64,000 nt of DNA from the NCBI RefSeq assembly GCF_988243305.1, contig NZ_OZ547136.1; one strand, written 5' to 3'. Under the pieces are notes generated by a model. That model had not been told where the DNA came from and did not search any database. It saw only the letters and a program-made list of their open reading frames with translations. The position numbers and the translations under genes are program-made. Shown here one piece after another: positions 30,164 through 46,310 of the stretch; the first letter of the stretch is position 1; each line of letters begins with the position of its first letter.

Positions 30164-30835
30164 TCAAAGAATCATTTTATGAATTACAAAGCCTTCACCC
30201 AGATCGCTATTGACCTGTTGCCCGCGAAATTGTGCAACTGCACGCAGGCGATCATGACGCATATAATCGCGTCGTTCCTGGCTTTTATGTTTTTTTAATG
30301 CAGCAAGTTTGACTGTGAAATATTCTTCTTTAACGGATTCAAAAACCTGAGGCATAAATGAAAGCCAGGTGCTTGGGGTTTCGTAGCCGAGAATTTGTGG
30401 AATAGTTCGGCAGGCAACCATTGAAGCTTGATAAACAGCAAGATGATCCTGATGGCGGTCGGCATCATGCATGGTATATACCCGCATGATTTCAACATCA
30501 GAAGGAATTTGATTTTTAATGATGTCTTCCAGGGCGGAAATCATATCATTGAGCTGCAAATGCGCGCGGGTGTCAGCAAAATTAAGATGAATAGTTTGGT
30601 GGCACCCTAATATCTTTAGGGCGTTGCGCGATTCTTCATGGCGATCGATTATTCCATCTGTGCCAGAGTTGCCGGTAGTCATCACCACGGCTGCGATATA
30701 AATTCCTTTTTGCGCAAGACGAGCAAGCGACGCGCCACAGCCCAATTCTATATCGTCAGGATGTGCGCCAATAGCAAGGATACCCTTTCTTTTATTTGCC
30801 GAAGAAAGGATGGCTGAATCTAAAACCTTATCCAC
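30164..30835 (-). CDS. yaiS: PIG-L/LmbE-family deacetylase
   Basis: 223-aa ORF with AHPDDxE motif near the N-terminus. Confidence 0.8.
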   Translation of the reverse strand: MDKVLDSAILSSANKRKGILAIGAHPDDIELGCGASLARLAQKGIYIAAVVMTTGNSGTDGIIDRHEESRNALKILGCHQTIHLNFADTRAHLQLNDMISALEDIIKNQIPSDVEIMRVYTMHDADRHQDHLAVYQASMVACRTIPQILGYETPSTWLSFMPQVFESVKEEYFTVKLAALKKHKSQERRDYMRHDRLRAVAQFRGQQVNSDLGEGFVIHKMIL

Positions 30836-31443
30836 TTAATGACACTCCATTTTATTTATTATACTACAAGCACAACGATGCCCGCAGAGACGTAATCTCT
30901 GGCACAGACAGATGCTAATTTTTAAGTGTTAAAAATTACTGATAGCTGAAAAATAAGGGGCTTTCAGGTACGGGGATACGACTGCGTAATCTTTTATGTA
31001 GTTCATATGTTAAGTGTTTGTGTGTTTGGTTTGTATAGTTATTTTGTTTTATATATTGTATTTAGATGTGATTTAGTTTGTCAATTAATTACATATTAAA
31101 AATATGTTCTAGGCACAAATATGGATTATATACATTATGTGAATGTATTATGTGGTTGATTGAGAATGATACAGTTATATATGCAATGTGAATATAATGA
31201 TTTCATTATATGTATTGCTGTTAATAAAATAAAAGACATTATGTTCTGCTTGTTTATGCATTAATAAAAATGAAGTGCAGTAACTTACTGAATTGTCAGA
31301 GTGGGTGTAATTGCATATTTAATCTTTCCTTTGCCGCTTTTTTGCTAAGAATAAAATCATCTGTGCGATAACGACTAATTCTTTTAATGAATGTTTTTAT
31401 TCCTGAATACTGCTCCTATAACAAGACAGGGGAGCAGACAATC

Positions 31444-32406
31444 ATGGCAATTTCATCGCGTAACACACTTCTTGCCGCACTGGCATTCATCGCTTTTCAG
31501 GCACAGGCGGTGAACGTCACCGTGGCCTATCAAACCTCCGCTGAACCGGCGAAAGTGGCTCAGGCTGATAACACCTTTGCTAAAGAGAGCGGGGCGACGG
31601 TGGACTGGCGCAAGTTTGACAGCGGAGCCAGCATCGTGCGGGCGCTGGCTTCAGGCGATGTCCAAATCGGTAACCTCGGTTCCAGCCCATTAGCGGTGGC
31701 AGCCAACCAACAGGTGCCGATTGAAGTCTTCTTACTGGCGTCAAAACTGGGTAACTCCGAAGCGCTGGTGGTAAAGAAAACTATCAGCAAACCGGAAGAT
31801 CTCATTGGCAAACGCATCGCCGTACCGTTTATCTCCACCACCCACTACAGCCTGCTGGCGGCGCTGAAACACTGGGGTATAAAACCCGGACAAGTGGAGA
31901 TAGTGAACCTGCAGCCACCCGCGATTATCGCCGCATGGCAACGGGGAGACATTGATGGTGCTTATGTCTGGGCACCGGCGGTTAACGCCCTGGAAAAAGA
32001 CGGCAAGGTGTTGACCGATTCTGAACAGGTCGGGCAGTGGGGCGCGCCAACGCTGGACGTCTGGGTGGTGCGCAAAGATTTTGCCGAGAAACATCCTGAG
32101 GTCGTGAAAGCGTTCGCTAAAAGCGCCATCGATGCTCAACAACCGTACATTGCTAATCCAGACGCGTGGCTGAAACAGCCGGAAAACATCAGCAAACTGG
32201 CACGTTTAAGCGGCGTACCTGAAGGTGACGTTCCGGGGCTGGTGAAGGGGAATACCTATCTGACGCCGCAGCAGCAAACGGCAGAACTGACCGGACCGGT
32301 GAACAAAGCGATCATCGACACCGCGCAGTTTTTGAAAGAGCAGGGCAAAGTCCCGGCTGTAGCGAATGATTACAGCCAGTACGTGACCTCGCGCTTCGTG
32401 CAATAA
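31444..32406 (+). CDS. tauA: Taurine ABC transporter periplasmic binding protein
   Basis: ORF track 31387..32406; conserved start MAISSRNTLLAALAFIAFQAQA (signal peptide) gives 320 aa. Confidence 0.92.
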   Translation: MAISSRNTLLAALAFIAFQAQAVNVTVAYQTSAEPAKVAQADNTFAKESGATVDWRKFDSGASIVRALASGDVQIGNLGSSPLAVAANQQVPIEVFLLASKLGNSEALVVKKTISKPEDLIGKRIAVPFISTTHYSLLAALKHWGIKPGQVEIVNLQPPAIIAAWQRGDIDGAYVWAPAVNALEKDGKVLTDSEQVGQWGAPTLDVWVVRKDFAEKHPEVVKAFAKSAIDAQQPYIANPDAWLKQPENISKLARLSGVPEGDVPGLVKGNTYLTPQQQTAELTGPVNKAIIDTAQFLKEQGKVPAVANDYSQYVTSRFVQ

Positions 32407-32418
32407 AAGGAGGCGCAG

Positions 32419-33186
32419 ATGCTGCAAATCTCTCATCTTTACGCCGATTATGGCGGCAAACCGGCACTGGAAGATATCAACCTGACGCTGGAAAGCTGTG
32501 AGCTACTGGTGGTGCTGGGGCCGTCCGGCTGCGGTAAAACCACCCTGCTGAATCTGATTGCCGGTTTTGTGCCTTATCAGCATGGCAGCATTCAACTGGC
32601 GGGTAAGTGCATTGAGGGACCGGGCGCAGAGCGGGGCGTGGTTTTTCAGAATGAAGGGCTGCTACCGTGGCGCAATGTACGGGACAACGTGGCGTTCGGC
32701 CTGCAACTGGCAGGTGTTGAGAAAATGCAGCGACTGGAAATCGCGCACCAGATGCTGAAAAAAGTGGGGCTGGAAGGGGCAGAAAAACGCTACATCTGGC
32801 AGCTTTCCGGCGGTCAACGTCAGCGGGTGGGGATTGCCCGCGCGCTGGCGGCAAATCCCCAGCTGTTATTACTCGATGAACCGTTTGGTGCGCTGGACGC
32901 CTTCACCCGCGACCAGATGCAAACCCTGCTGCTGAAACTCTGGCAGGAGACGGGCAAGCAGGTGCTGTTGATTACCCACGATATAGAAGAAGCGGTGTTT
33001 ATGGCGACTGAACTGGTTTTGCTTTCACCCGGCCCTGGCCGCGTGCTGGAGCGGCTGCCGCTCAACTTTGCTCGCCGCTTTGTTGCGGGAGAGTCGAGCC
33101 GCAGCATCAAGTCCGATCCACGATTCATCGCCATGCGCGAATATGTTTTAAGCCGCGTATTTGAGCAACGGGAGGCGTTCTCATGA
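32419..33186 (+). CDS. tauB: Taurine ABC transporter ATP-binding protein
   Basis: 255-aa ORF; Walker [10 protein letters not shown] and ABC signature LSGGQRQR. Confidence 0.95.
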   Translation: MLQISHLYADYGGKPALEDINLTLESCELLVVLGPSGCGKTTLLNLIAGFVPYQHGSIQLAGKCIEGPGAERGVVFQNEGLLPWRNVRDNVAFGLQLAGVEKMQRLEIAHQMLKKVGLEGAEKRYIWQLSGGQRQRVGIARALAANPQLLLLDEPFGALDAFTRDQMQTLLLKLWQETGKQVLLITHDIEEAVFMATELVLLSPGPGRVLERLPLNFARRFVAGESSRSIKSDPRFIAMREYVLSRVFEQREAFS

Positions 33187-34010
33187 GTGTGCTCATTAAT
33201 GAAAAACTGCATTCGCATCGGCTGAAATGGCGCTGGCCGCTCTCGCGTCAGGTGACCTTAAGCATTGGCACGTTAGCGGTTTTACTCACTGTATGGTGGG
33301 CAGTGGCGGCGCTGCAACTGATTAGCCCGCTGTTTTTGCCGCCGCCGCAACAGGTACTGGCAAAACTGCTCACCATTGCCGGACCGCAGGGATTTATGGA
33401 CGCCACCCTGTGGCAGCATCTGGCAGCCAGCCTGACGCGCATTGTGCTGGCGCTACTTGCGGCGGTGTTGATCGGCATTCCGGTCGGGATCGCCATGGGA
33501 CTAAGCCCGACGGTGCGCGGCATTCTGGATCCGGTAATCGAGCTTTATCGTCCGGTGCCGCCGCTGGCGTATTTGCCGCTGATGGTGATCTGGTTTGGTA
33601 TTGGTGAAACCTCGAAGATCTTACTGATCTATTTAGCGATTTTTGCACCGGTGGCGATGTCGGCGCTGGCGGGGGTGAAAAGCGCGCAGCAGGTTCGCAT
33701 TCGTGCCGCCCAGTCGCTGGGTGCCAGTCGTGCGCAGGTGCTGTGGTTTGTCATTTTGCCCGGCGCGCTGCCGGAAATCCTCACCGGATTACGCATTGGT
33801 CTGGGTGTGGGCTGGTCTACGCTGGTAGCGGCGGAGCTGATTGCCGCGACGCGCGGTTTAGGATTTATGGTTCAGTCAGCGGGTGAATTTCTCGCGACTG
33901 ACGTGGTGCTGGCGGGGATCGCGGTGATTGCGATTATCGCTTTTCTTTTAGAACTGGGTTTGCGCGCGTTACAGCGCCGCCTGACGCCCTGGCATGGAGA
34001 AGTACAATGA
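33183..34010 (+). CDS. tauC: Taurine ABC transporter permease
   Basis: 275-aa membrane ORF. Confidence 0.95.
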   Translation: MSVLINEKLHSHRLKWRWPLSRQVTLSIGTLAVLLTVWWAVAALQLISPLFLPPPQQVLAKLLTIAGPQGFMDATLWQHLAASLTRIVLALLAAVLIGIPVGIAMGLSPTVRGILDPVIELYRPVPPLAYLPLMVIWFGIGETSKILLIYLAIFAPVAMSALAGVKSAQQVRIRAAQSLGASRAQVLWFVILPGALPEILTGLRIGLGVGWSTLVAAELIAATRGLGFMVQSAGEFLATDVVLAGIAVIAIIAFLLELGLRALQRRLTPWHGEVQ

Positions 34011-34858
34011 GTGAACGTCTGAGCATTACCCCGCTGGGGCCGTATATTGGCGCACAAATTTCGGGTGCCGACCTGACGCGCCCGTTAAGCGATAATCAGT
34101 TTGAACAGCTTTACCATGCGGTGCTGCGCCATCAGGTGGTGTTTCTGCGCGAACAAGCTATTATGCCGCAGCAGCAACGCGCGCTGGCCCAGCGTTTTGG
34201 CGAACTGCATATTCACCCTGTTTACCCTCATGCCGAAGGGGTTGACGAGATCATCGTGCTGGATACTCATAACGATAATCCGCCGGATAACGACAACTGG
34301 CATACCGATGTGACATTTATTGAAACGCCACCCGCAGGGGCGATTCTGGCGGCAAAAGAGTTACCCTCGACCGGCGGCGATACGCTCTGGACCAGCGGTA
34401 TTGCGGCCTATGAGGCGCTCTCTGTTCCCTTCCGCCAGCTGCTGAGCGGGCTGCGTGCGGAGCATGATTTCCGTAAATCGTTCCCGGAATACAAATACCG
34501 CAAAACCGAGGAGGAGCATCAACGCTGGCGCGAGGCGGTCGCGAAAAATCCGCCGTTGCTACATCCGGTGGTGCGAACGCATCCGGTGAGCGGTAAACAG
34601 GCGCTGTTTGTGAATGAAGGCTTTACCACGCGAATTGTTGATGTCAGCGAGAAAGAGAGCGAAGCCTTGCTGGGCTTTTTATTTGCCCACATCACCAAAC
34701 CGGAGTTTCAGGTGCGCTGGCGCTGGCAACCAAATGATATTGCGATTTGGGATAACCGCGTAACCCAGCACTATGCCAATGCGGATTACCTGCCACAGCG
34801 GCGGATTATGCATCGGGCGACGATCCTTGGGGATAAACCGTTTTATCGGGCGGGGTAA
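34007..34858 (+). CDS. tauD: Taurine dioxygenase (alpha-ketoglutarate-dependent)
   Basis: 283-aa ORF matching TauD. Confidence 0.95.
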   Translation: MSERLSITPLGPYIGAQISGADLTRPLSDNQFEQLYHAVLRHQVVFLREQAIMPQQQRALAQRFGELHIHPVYPHAEGVDEIIVLDTHNDNPPDNDNWHTDVTFIETPPAGAILAAKELPSTGGDTLWTSGIAAYEALSVPFRQLLSGLRAEHDFRKSFPEYKYRKTEEEHQRWREAVAKNPPLLHPVVRTHPVSGKQALFVNEGFTTRIVDVSEKESEALLGFLFAHITKPEFQVRWRWQPNDIAIWDNRVTQHYANADYLPQRRIMHRATILGDKPFYRAG

Positions 34859-34865
34859 GGGGGAA

Positions 34866-34889
34866 ATGCCGGGTTGGATAACCCGGCAT
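34866..34889. terminator. Hairpin between convergent tauD and hemB (ATGCCGGGTT-ggat-AACCCGGCAT)
   Basis: 10-bp perfect stem with 4-nt loop. Confidence 0.55.
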
Positions 34890-34897
34890 AATGAACA

Positions 34898-35872
34898 TTA
34901 ACGCAGAATCTTCTTCTCAGCCAAATCCAGCGCAAAGTAGCTGAAAATCAGATCCGCACCCGCACGCTTAATCGAACCTAAGCTTTCGAGCACGACTTTC
35001 TCTTCATCTATAGCACCCGCCAGCGCGGCGAACTTAATCATCGCATACTCACCGCTCACCTGATACGCGCCAATCGGCAATTCAGTACGTTCACGCAGCT
35101 CACGCACGATGTCGAGGTACGCTCCAGCTGGTTTCACCATCAGGCAGTCTGCGCCCTGGGCTTCATCCAGCAGTGACTCACGAATCGCCTCACGACGGTT
35201 CATTGGGTTCATCTGATAGCTTTTGCGGTCGCCTTTTAATGCGCTTCCGGCAGCTTCACGGAACGGGCCATAAAAGGAGGAGGCGAACTTGGTCGAATAC
35301 GACATAATCGCCGTATCTTTAAAGCCCGCAGCGTCCAGCGCATGGCGAATTGCCTGTACCTGGCCGTCCATCGCGGCGGAAGGGGCGATGAAGTCTGCGC
35401 CTGCAGCAGCTGCAACCACGGCTTGCTTGCCTAAATTTTCCAGAGTCGCGTCGTTGTCGACGCCATGCTCGCACAGCACACCGCAGTGACCGTGAGAAGT
35501 GTATTCACAGAAACAAGTGTCTGACATGACGATCATTTCTGGCACAGTCTGCTTGCAGATGCGCGACATCCGCGCCACCAGTCCATCTTCCCGCCAGGCG
35601 TCGCTGCCGGTTTCATCGGTATGGTGAGAGATGCCGAAAGTCATCACGGAACGAATACCGGCGTTGGCGATGCGTTCAATTTCGCGTGCCAGATGTTTCT
35701 CTGGAATGCGCATCACGCCTGGCATGGCTTCAACGGCTTTGTAGTCGTCAATTTCTTCTTCAACAAAGATCGGCAACACCAGGTCGTTAAGGCTAAGTGT
35801 TGTCTCTTCAAACATAGCGCGCAGCGCAGGAGATTTGCGCAGGCGACGAGGGCGTTGGATTAAGTCTGTCAT
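34898..35872 (-). CDS. hemB: Porphobilinogen synthase (delta-aminolevulinate dehydratase)
   Basis: ORF track 34898..35905; conserved start [15 protein letters not shown] gives 324 aa. Confidence 0.95.
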   Translation of the reverse strand: MTDLIQRPRRLRKSPALRAMFEETTLSLNDLVLPIFVEEEIDDYKAVEAMPGVMRIPEKHLAREIERIANAGIRSVMTFGISHHTDETGSDAWREDGLVARMSRICKQTVPEMIVMSDTCFCEYTSHGHCGVLCEHGVDNDATLENLGKQAVVAAAAGADFIAPSAAMDGQVQAIRHALDAAGFKDTAIMSYSTKFASSFYGPFREAAGSALKGDRKSYQMNPMNRREAIRESLLDEAQGADCLMVKPAGAYLDIVRELRERTELPIGAYQVSGEYAMIKFAALAGAIDEEKVVLESLGSIKRAGADLIFSYFALDLAEKKILR

Positions 35873-36397
35873 GGTCTGCCTGATGTTTGTGGAATCGAGG
35901 GGCATAGTATACCTGAAGCAGGGTGGGGATGTTTTACGAAAGTTGTCGCGATGTTGACAAGAAGAGAATGGAAGAGAGGCCAGGACATCTTTGTAATAGA
36001 AATAGCAATAATTTTATATTCACTGAAAATATTTTTAATTTTTATTTATATCCATAGATTATTGTTTTTGGGGATTTGGTGACATTTTCAAAAAGTGAAT
36101 AACTTAAAGTTCATTGCTTATTGATACATTATTTGTCTGTTTTGGTTGTTTTATATTTTCATGGTCTATGTTTTAAAATTAACGCTTTCATTAACGTATT
36201 GAAATATTGTGTTTTTGTTATTTCTTTCTGTGTGTGTGTTCACGTGCTTTATATATGTCCGCAATCGGACTTAGGGGAAAGAATAATTGAACCATTCCTC
36301 TATAACGCCGCATAATCGTCAACGCGAAACATAATATGTTTTCTATGCATTGATAATTGATGGATCAACTTATTACGTCCCTGAGGAGGGATGACAA

Positions 36398-39358
<2,961 letters not shown>

Positions 39359-39372
39359 TGAAGAAATAGGTT

Positions 39373-40055
<683 letters not shown>

Positions 40056-41213
40056 TCAGGACGCGGGGATGACCAACGGTTTATTCCCGCTCAGTTCGGT
40101 CACCAGGTCATTGATGCCATCGCTCATATTTTTAAAGCGCGTCAATGGCGAACGAGTGACCACCACAAATGCGCCAATGTTCTTCTGCGGGATCATCGCC
40201 ATATAGGTAATGAAACCGCCACCACCACCTGTCTTCTGAATAATCCCTGGACGACCCTCTTTCGGGGCCATATATACCCAGCCTAAACCAAGCGCATCCG
40301 CTTTGCCGGGGACATCCATGCCAATCACTTTTGTAAACTGCGCTCGCTGATAAATCAACGTCTGCATGCGATCAGCCTGGTTACTGCGCTGATAAAAATC
40401 AGATGACAAATACTGCTGCATCCAGCGCATCATATCGCCAGGCGTGGAATAGACTCCGCCGCTGCCAATTGCCGCCAGCGTGTTATTGCATGGACTGGCA
40501 CCGCGCTCTGCCACCATTAAACGGCGGCACTGATCCGGCGAGGGGGTGTAGGTGGTGTCTTTCATCCCCAATGGACGGGTAATCTGCTCTTCAAACAACT
40601 GGGTATAAGGCTTGCCGGACGCATTCGCCAGTGCATCTGCCAGCAGGTCGAATGCGAGGTTGGAGTACGCGGCCTGGCTGCCCGGCGCGGCTTTTAGTTT
40701 GGCAGTGGAAAGGTATTTCCAGCGTTGCTCGCGCGTTGGCCAGACAAACACCGGACGATGTGCCGCGCCACCGGGCTGTTCACGGGGCAGGGCGCTGGTA
40801 TGGGTTGCCAGATTCACCAGCGTAATGGGCGTCCCATTGTAGGTTGGCACGCGTGCGCCTGGCGGAGCATATTTACTTAGCGGATCGTTTAACTTCACGG
40901 TCCCCTGGTCGAGCAATTTCACCAGCATCTCACTGGTCATTAGCTTGGTGAGGGAAGCAATACGTATGACCGAATCCAGCTGCGGGCGAACGTTATTACC
41001 AGGTCGCGTTTCGCCATAACTGCGAAAGACGCGCTGGTTACCGTCGATAACAACCAGCGCCATCCCCGTGGCACCGCTGCCGTAAAAAATATGATCGGCA
41101 TAACGATCGACAATATCAGAGGCGAACTCCGGTTCAGTGATCGGCTGCGCCGCATGGACGCAGGTCAATGACGCCGCACACAGCACGGCAGAAAAAAGCA
41201 GACTACGTTTCAA
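40056..41213 (-). CDS. ampH: Penicillin-binding protein AmpH (class C beta-lactamase-like peptidase)
   Basis: 385-aa ORF with signal peptide and SxxK motif (ASLTK). Confidence 0.93.
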   Translation of the reverse strand: MKRSLLFSAVLCAASLTCVHAAQPITEPEFASDIVDRYADHIFYGSGATGMALVVIDGNQRVFRSYGETRPGNNVRPQLDSVIRIASLTKLMTSEMLVKLLDQGTVKLNDPLSKYAPPGARVPTYNGTPITLVNLATHTSALPREQPGGAAHRPVFVWPTREQRWKYLSTAKLKAAPGSQAAYSNLAFDLLADALANASGKPYTQLFEEQITRPLGMKDTTYTPSPDQCRRLMVAERGASPCNNTLAAIGSGGVYSTPGDMMRWMQQYLSSDFYQRSNQADRMQTLIYQRAQFTKVIGMDVPGKADALGLGWVYMAPKEGRPGIIQKTGGGGGFITYMAMIPQKNIGAFVVVTRSPLTRFKNMSDGINDLVTELSGNKPLVIPAS

Positions 41214-41564
41214 CGGTGGTGTCCATAGATTGAATGAAGGTAACTGAGCGTATTTATACTACTCATTGATGGATTGCAAAGGGCGAATTAGTGCAATAAT
41301 AGTGTTAAAAACGTAACGGCGCGTAAACACGATCTTTTTCCTGCTCACCAATGCCTGCATTTGTGATCCTGCGCGTGTTAATCCGCTTATGTAAACAATC
41401 TTTGGTTTGTGAAATCCGTCGAAACAATTCTTATGGTCAGGCTGGCGAACTAAGCGCCTTGCTATGGGTCACAATGGGCGGTTTCATTTGGCTGATGCTT
41501 TGTAGCGGTCATGCGGTTAATACACAGCAGTTGTTAAAACGATAAGAAGTTAGCAGGAGTGCAT

Positions 41565-42785
41565 ATGTTTAAGTCTTTTTTCCCAAAGCCGGGAACGTTT
41601 TTTCTCTCGGCCTTCGTTTGGGCATTGATTGCCGTTATCTTCTGGCAAGCAGGTGGGGGTGACTGGGTGGCGCGTATCACCGGAGCTTCCGGGCAGATCC
41701 CGATTAGCGCTGCACGTTTCTGGTCGTTGGATTTCCTGATTTTTTACGCTTACTACATTGTTTGCGTAGGACTTTTTGCATTGTTCTGGTTTATCTACAG
41801 CCCGCATCGTTGGCAATACTGGTCAATACTCGGTACTGCACTGATCATCTTCGTCACCTGGTTTTTGGTGGAAGTCGGGGTCGCCGTCAACGCCTGGTAT
41901 GCGCCGTTCTATGATCTGATTCAAACCGCGCTAAGTTCGCCGCATAAAGTCACCATCGAACAATTTTACCGCGAAGTGGGCGTCTTTCTGGGGATTGCGC
42001 TGATCGCGGTAGTGATCAGTGTGCTGAACAACTTCTTTGTCAGTCACTACGTGTTCCGCTGGCGTACGGCGATGAACGAATATTACATGGCGAACTGGCA
42101 ACAACTGCGTCATATCGAAGGTGCCGCACAGCGTGTGCAGGAAGACACCATGCGTTTTGCTTCAACGCTGGAGAATATGGGCGTCAGTTTTATCAACGCC
42201 ATCATGACGTTGATCGCCTTCCTGCCGGTGCTGGTAACGCTCTCCGCGCATGTGCCGGAGCTGCCAATTGTCGGGCACATTCCGTATGGTCTGGTGATTG
42301 CCGCTATCGTCTGGTCGCTGATGGGGACCGGATTACTGGCAGTGGTAGGGATCAAACTGCCGGGGCTGGAGTTTAAAAACCAGCGTGTAGAGGCTGCCTA
42401 CCGTAAAGAGCTGGTTTATGGTGAAGACGATGCCACGCGCGCGACGCCGCCTACGGTACGCGAGCTGTTTAGCGCCGTACGGAAAAACTATTTCCGCCTC
42501 TATTTTCACTATATGTATTTCAACATCGCCCGCATTCTCTATTTGCAGGTCGATAACGTTTTCGGTTTGTTCTTGCTGTTTCCGTCAATTGTCGCCGGTA
42601 CGATTACGCTCGGCCTGATGACGCAGATTACCAACGTTTTTGGTCAGGTTCGTGGAGCTTTCCAGTACCTGATTAACTCATGGACCACACTGGTTGAGTT
42701 GATGTCTATCTACAAACGTCTGCGCAGCTTTGAACATGAGCTGGATGGTGACAAAATTCAGGAAGTAACCCATACCTTGAGCTAA
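41565..42785 (+). CDS. sbmA: Peptide antibiotic transporter SbmA
   Basis: ORF track 41559..42785; conserved start [13 protein letters not shown] gives 406 aa. Confidence 0.95.
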   Translation: MFKSFFPKPGTFFLSAFVWALIAVIFWQAGGGDWVARITGASGQIPISAARFWSLDFLIFYAYYIVCVGLFALFWFIYSPHRWQYWSILGTALIIFVTWFLVEVGVAVNAWYAPFYDLIQTALSSPHKVTIEQFYREVGVFLGIALIAVVISVLNNFFVSHYVFRWRTAMNEYYMANWQQLRHIEGAAQRVQEDTMRFASTLENMGVSFINAIMTLIAFLPVLVTLSAHVPELPIVGHIPYGLVIAAIVWSLMGTGLLAVVGIKLPGLEFKNQRVEAAYRKELVYGEDDATRATPPTVRELFSAVRKNYFRLYFHYMYFNIARILYLQVDNVFGLFLLFPSIVAGTITLGLMTQITNVFGQVRGAFQYLINSWTTLVELMSIYKRLRSFEHELDGDKIQEVTHTLS

Positions 42786-42797
42786 AAAGGAGAAGTA

Positions 42798-43892
42798 ATG
42801 TCGCGCGTCAATCATCTATCTTCGCTGTCATTGTTGGCGGTTCTGGTTTTAGCGGGGTGTAGTAGTCAGGCTCCGCAACCGTTGAAAAAGGGCGAAAAAG
42901 CGATAGATGTGGCGAGCGTCGTGCGGCAGAAGATGCCTGCGAGCGTGAAAGACCGCGATGCCTGGGCGAAAGATCTCGCCACCACGTTTGAAAGTCAGGG
43001 GCTGGCACCGACGCTGGAAAACGTCTGCTCGGTGCTGGCGGTGGCGCAGCAGGAGTCAAATTATCAGGCAGATCCAGCCGTTCCGGGCTTAAGCAAGATC
43101 GCCTGGCAAGAGATTGACCGTCGTGCTGAACGGATGCACATTCCTGCTTTTCTGGTGCATACCGCGCTAAAAATCAAATCGCCAAACGGCAAAAGCTATA
43201 GCGAACGGTTAGATTCGGTGCGTACAGAAAAGCAATTGAGCGCGATTTTTGACGATCTGATCAACATGGTGCCAATGGGGCAGACGCTGTTTGGTTCGCT
43301 CAATCCGGTGCGCACCGGTGGGCCGATGCAGGTCAGCATTGCTTTTGCCGAACAGCATACCAAAGGGTATCCGTGGAAAATGGACGGTACAGTCCGTCAG
43401 GAAGTCTTCAGTCGTCGCGGCGGGTTGTGGTTTGGTACTTACCATTTACTGAATTATCCCGCCAGCTATAGCGCGCCGATATACCGTTTTGCTGATTTTA
43501 ACGCTGGCTGGTACGCCAGCCGTAATGCCGCGTTTCAGAACGCGGTCAGTAAGGCCAGCGGCGTGAAGCTGGCACTGGACGGTGATTTAATTCGTTACGA
43601 CAGTAAAGAACCCGGGAAAACCGAACTGGCAACGCGCAAACTGGCGGGAAAACTGGGGATGAGCGACAGTGAAATTCGCCGCCAGTTAGAGAAAGGGGAC
43701 AGCTTCTCTTTTGAGGATACGGCGCTGTACAAGAAAGTTTATCAACTTGCCGAAGCGAAAACGGGTAAATCACTACCCCGCGAAATGTTGCCTGGCATTC
43801 AACTGGAAAGCCCGAAAATCACCCGCAACCTGACTACGGCCTGGTTTGCGAAGCGCGTAGACGAACGGCGGGCGCGTTGTATGAAACAGTGA
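42798..43892 (+). CDS. yaiW: Lipoprotein YaiW
   Basis: 364-aa ORF with lipobox LLAVLVLAGC. Confidence 0.9.
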   Translation: MSRVNHLSSLSLLAVLVLAGCSSQAPQPLKKGEKAIDVASVVRQKMPASVKDRDAWAKDLATTFESQGLAPTLENVCSVLAVAQQESNYQADPAVPGLSKIAWQEIDRRAERMHIPAFLVHTALKIKSPNGKSYSERLDSVRTEKQLSAIFDDLINMVPMGQTLFGSLNPVRTGGPMQVSIAFAEQHTKGYPWKMDGTVRQEVFSRRGGLWFGTYHLLNYPASYSAPIYRFADFNAGWYASRNAAFQNAVSKASGVKLALDGDLIRYDSKEPGKTELATRKLAGKLGMSDSEIRRQLEKGDSFSFEDTALYKKVYQLAEAKTGKSLPREMLPGIQLESPKITRNLTTAWFAKRVDERRARCMKQ

Positions 43893-43908
43893 TCAAACAG
43901 GAATGTCA

Positions 43909-43941
43909 TGCCAGATAAGGCGTTTTAGGCCCTATCTGGCA
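43909..43941. terminator. Hairpin between convergent yaiW and yaiY (TGCCAGATA...TATCTGGCA)
   Basis: 9-bp inverted repeat. Confidence 0.4.
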
Positions 43942-43949
43942 AGTAAATC

Positions 43950-44258
43950 TTACTGGCGGCGATGTCGCCAGTGCAGCCATAGAGCCACTACTGCAAAAAT
44001 GAGGCAGCCTACTAAAAACGGGATCAGCCCGAAAATGGTGCCGACACCTAAACCAATTTCCACCCGTGGGCGACCTGTTTCCTGGACCTGCATTAAACGC
44101 TCATAGACGCCGGGCGCATGCACTAGCAGGTTCAGCAATTGCGCCCCAGCCCAAAAGCAAAACAGCACAAACAACGCATAGGCAATATTGCCAGGCGTTG
44201 AAGAGGCATTGCGATATTTTCCGCTAAACAGCGATTTTGACAGGGTGAAATCAGCCAT
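43950..44258 (-). CDS. yaiY: Inner membrane protein YaiY
   Basis: 102-aa hydrophobic ORF. Confidence 0.85.
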
Positions 44259-44517
44259 AAAAACCTCCGGAAGTCATCTGCTTCTCTTCTGGTGTGATAC
44301 CAGCGGCTTATGGCAAGTCTGACAGGTCATTAAGATTGTCAATATCAGAATCATGGTAAATTGATGTTGGGAATATTCCCGAAGCGTGAATCTTCGTCGT
44401 GAGTCACAAAATGACAACCTTAAGTTAAATTTATTAACAATTACGGAAGTGTTGTCTACGCCACAGACGGATGTTGCAGAATATGCAAGGATGTTGTTTT
44501 TCGTTAACGGAGCTGCC

Positions 44518-44730
44518 ATGAACTTGCCTGTAAAAATCCGCCGTGACTGGCACTACTATGCGTTCGCCATTGGCCTTATATTTATTCTTAATGGCGTGGT
44601 GGGTTTACTGGGATTTGAAGCAAAAGGTTGGCAGACCTATGCCGTCGGTCTGGTGACGTGGGTGATTAGTTTCTGGCTGGCGGGGCTGATTATTCGTCGT
44701 CGCGATGAAGAAACTGAAAACGCCCAATAA
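44518..44730 (+). CDS. yaiZ: Small membrane protein YaiZ
   Basis: ORF track 44386..44730; conserved start MNLPVKIRRDWHYYAFAIG gives 70 aa. Confidence 0.8.
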   Translation: MNLPVKIRRDWHYYAFAIGLIFILNGVVGLLGFEAKGWQTYAVGLVTWVISFWLAGLIIRRRDEETENAQ

Positions 44731-44753
44731 GAATATTATCGGGCGTTTAAATA

Positions 44754-45848
44754 TTACATTGTGGTTTTCAATGCGTTATCCGCAGCGTGACGCTCCAGCG
44801 CCAGCTCAATCAAACGGGTGATCAGGTCGGTGTAACCCAGACCGCTGGCTTGCCACAGCTTCGGATACATACTGATGTTGGTGAAGCCAGGCAGTGTGTT
44901 GATCTCGTTGATCACCACTTCGTTCTCTGGGGTTAAAAACACGTCTACACGCGCCATGCCTGCGCATCCCAACGTCTGATAAGCCTGAACGGCAATCGCC
45001 CGGATCTTATCGTTGATTTCTGGCGCAATGGCTGCCGGAACTACCACTTTCGCGCCATCTTCGTCAATGTACTTGGTGTCGTAGGCATAGAAATCGCTGG
45101 TGAGTACGATCTCGCCACAGGTGCTGGCTTGCGGATTGTCGTTGCCCAGAACTGCGCATTCGATCTCACGACCTTTGATCCCTTGCTCAACGATCACTTT
45201 ATGGTCGAACTCGAACGCCAGATCGACGGCAATTGCGTACTGTTCTTCACTGGTTACTTTGCTGACACCAACAGAAGAGCCCTGATTAGCCGGTTTTACA
45301 AACAGCGGTAACCCCAGTTTAGACTCCACTTCGGCAAAACTGATGTTGTGACGATTAGCGCGCGTCAGGGTAATAAATGGCGCAATGTTCAGCCCGGCAT
45401 CGCGCAGCAGACGTTTGGTAACATCTTTATCCATACAGGCCGCTGAAGCCAGAACATCAGAACCTACAAACGGTAAATTGGCGACCCGCAACATTCCCTG
45501 CAAAGAACCATCTTCGCCCAGCGTACCGTGGACAATCGGGAAAATGACATCCACCGTCGGCAACGGCTGACCGTTTTGCGCGTCGATAAGCTGATGTTCA
45601 TGTTTACCAGGCACCTGCGCAAGGCTGGTCGCCGAAGGGCGCAACGCAATATGGGCAGGATCGTCTGCATTTAGCAGATAATTGCTGGCATCGCTGACGT
45701 GCCATTGCCCTTGTTTATCAATGCCCAGCAGCACAACGTCGAAGCGACTTTTATCAATGGCATCGACAATGTTTTTTGCCGATTGCAGAGACACTTCATG
45801 TTCCGCTGATTTACCACCAAAAACGATACCTACCCGCAGTTTTTCCAT
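44754..45848 (-). CDS. ddlA: D-alanine--D-alanine ligase A
   Basis: 364-aa ATP-grasp ORF. Confidence 0.95.
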   Translation of the reverse strand: MEKLRVGIVFGGKSAEHEVSLQSAKNIVDAIDKSRFDVVLLGIDKQGQWHVSDASNYLLNADDPAHIALRPSATSLAQVPGKHEHQLIDAQNGQPLPTVDVIFPIVHGTLGEDGSLQGMLRVANLPFVGSDVLASAACMDKDVTKRLLRDAGLNIAPFITLTRANRHNISFAEVESKLGLPLFVKPANQGSSVGVSKVTSEEQYAIAVDLAFEFDHKVIVEQGIKGREIECAVLGNDNPQASTCGEIVLTSDFYAYDTKYIDEDGAKVVVPAAIAPEINDKIRAIAVQAYQTLGCAGMARVDVFLTPENEVVINEINTLPGFTNISMYPKLWQASGLGYTDLITRLIELALERHAADNALKTTM

Positions 45849-46310
45849 CTTAAAAACCTATCCCGTCTAACACAAAGTGCATACATTACCACGACAAAAC
45901 GGGGGATTCGCGGCCTTCTGACAGAATGTTGCAATCTTCTGCTGACAAAGCGTGCAACGTACTGGTGAAGAAAGTGCGTTACCTCAATGATGTGCGCAAG
46001 ATCACAAAAATGATGAACGGGAAGCTAATTTATTCCTGGCTTAAATGGCCATGCAGTGAGTTTTTTTCTCTTAATTATAAGTTAACGAAGAGAATATATT
46101 TCATAACTTATATTTATAATAAAGGTTGATAATTAAAAGCCTATATTTTGTGTGGGTAATTATTTAAATAAGAGAAACGTTTCGCTGGTAATCAAACAAA
46201 AAATATTTGCGCAAAGTATTTCCTTTGTCATAAAAATAATACTTCCAGACACTATGAAGTTGTGAAACATAATGTTAACTTCTCCATACTTTGGATAAGG
46301 AAATACAGAC

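Noticed and set aside
36121-36315. 64-aa ORF in the AT-rich region upstream of yaiT, and a similar 67-aa ORF at 45926..46129 upstream of iraP
   Set aside because: Both have hydrophobic low-complexity translations in AT-rich promoter DNA with no RBS; most likely they are non-coding.
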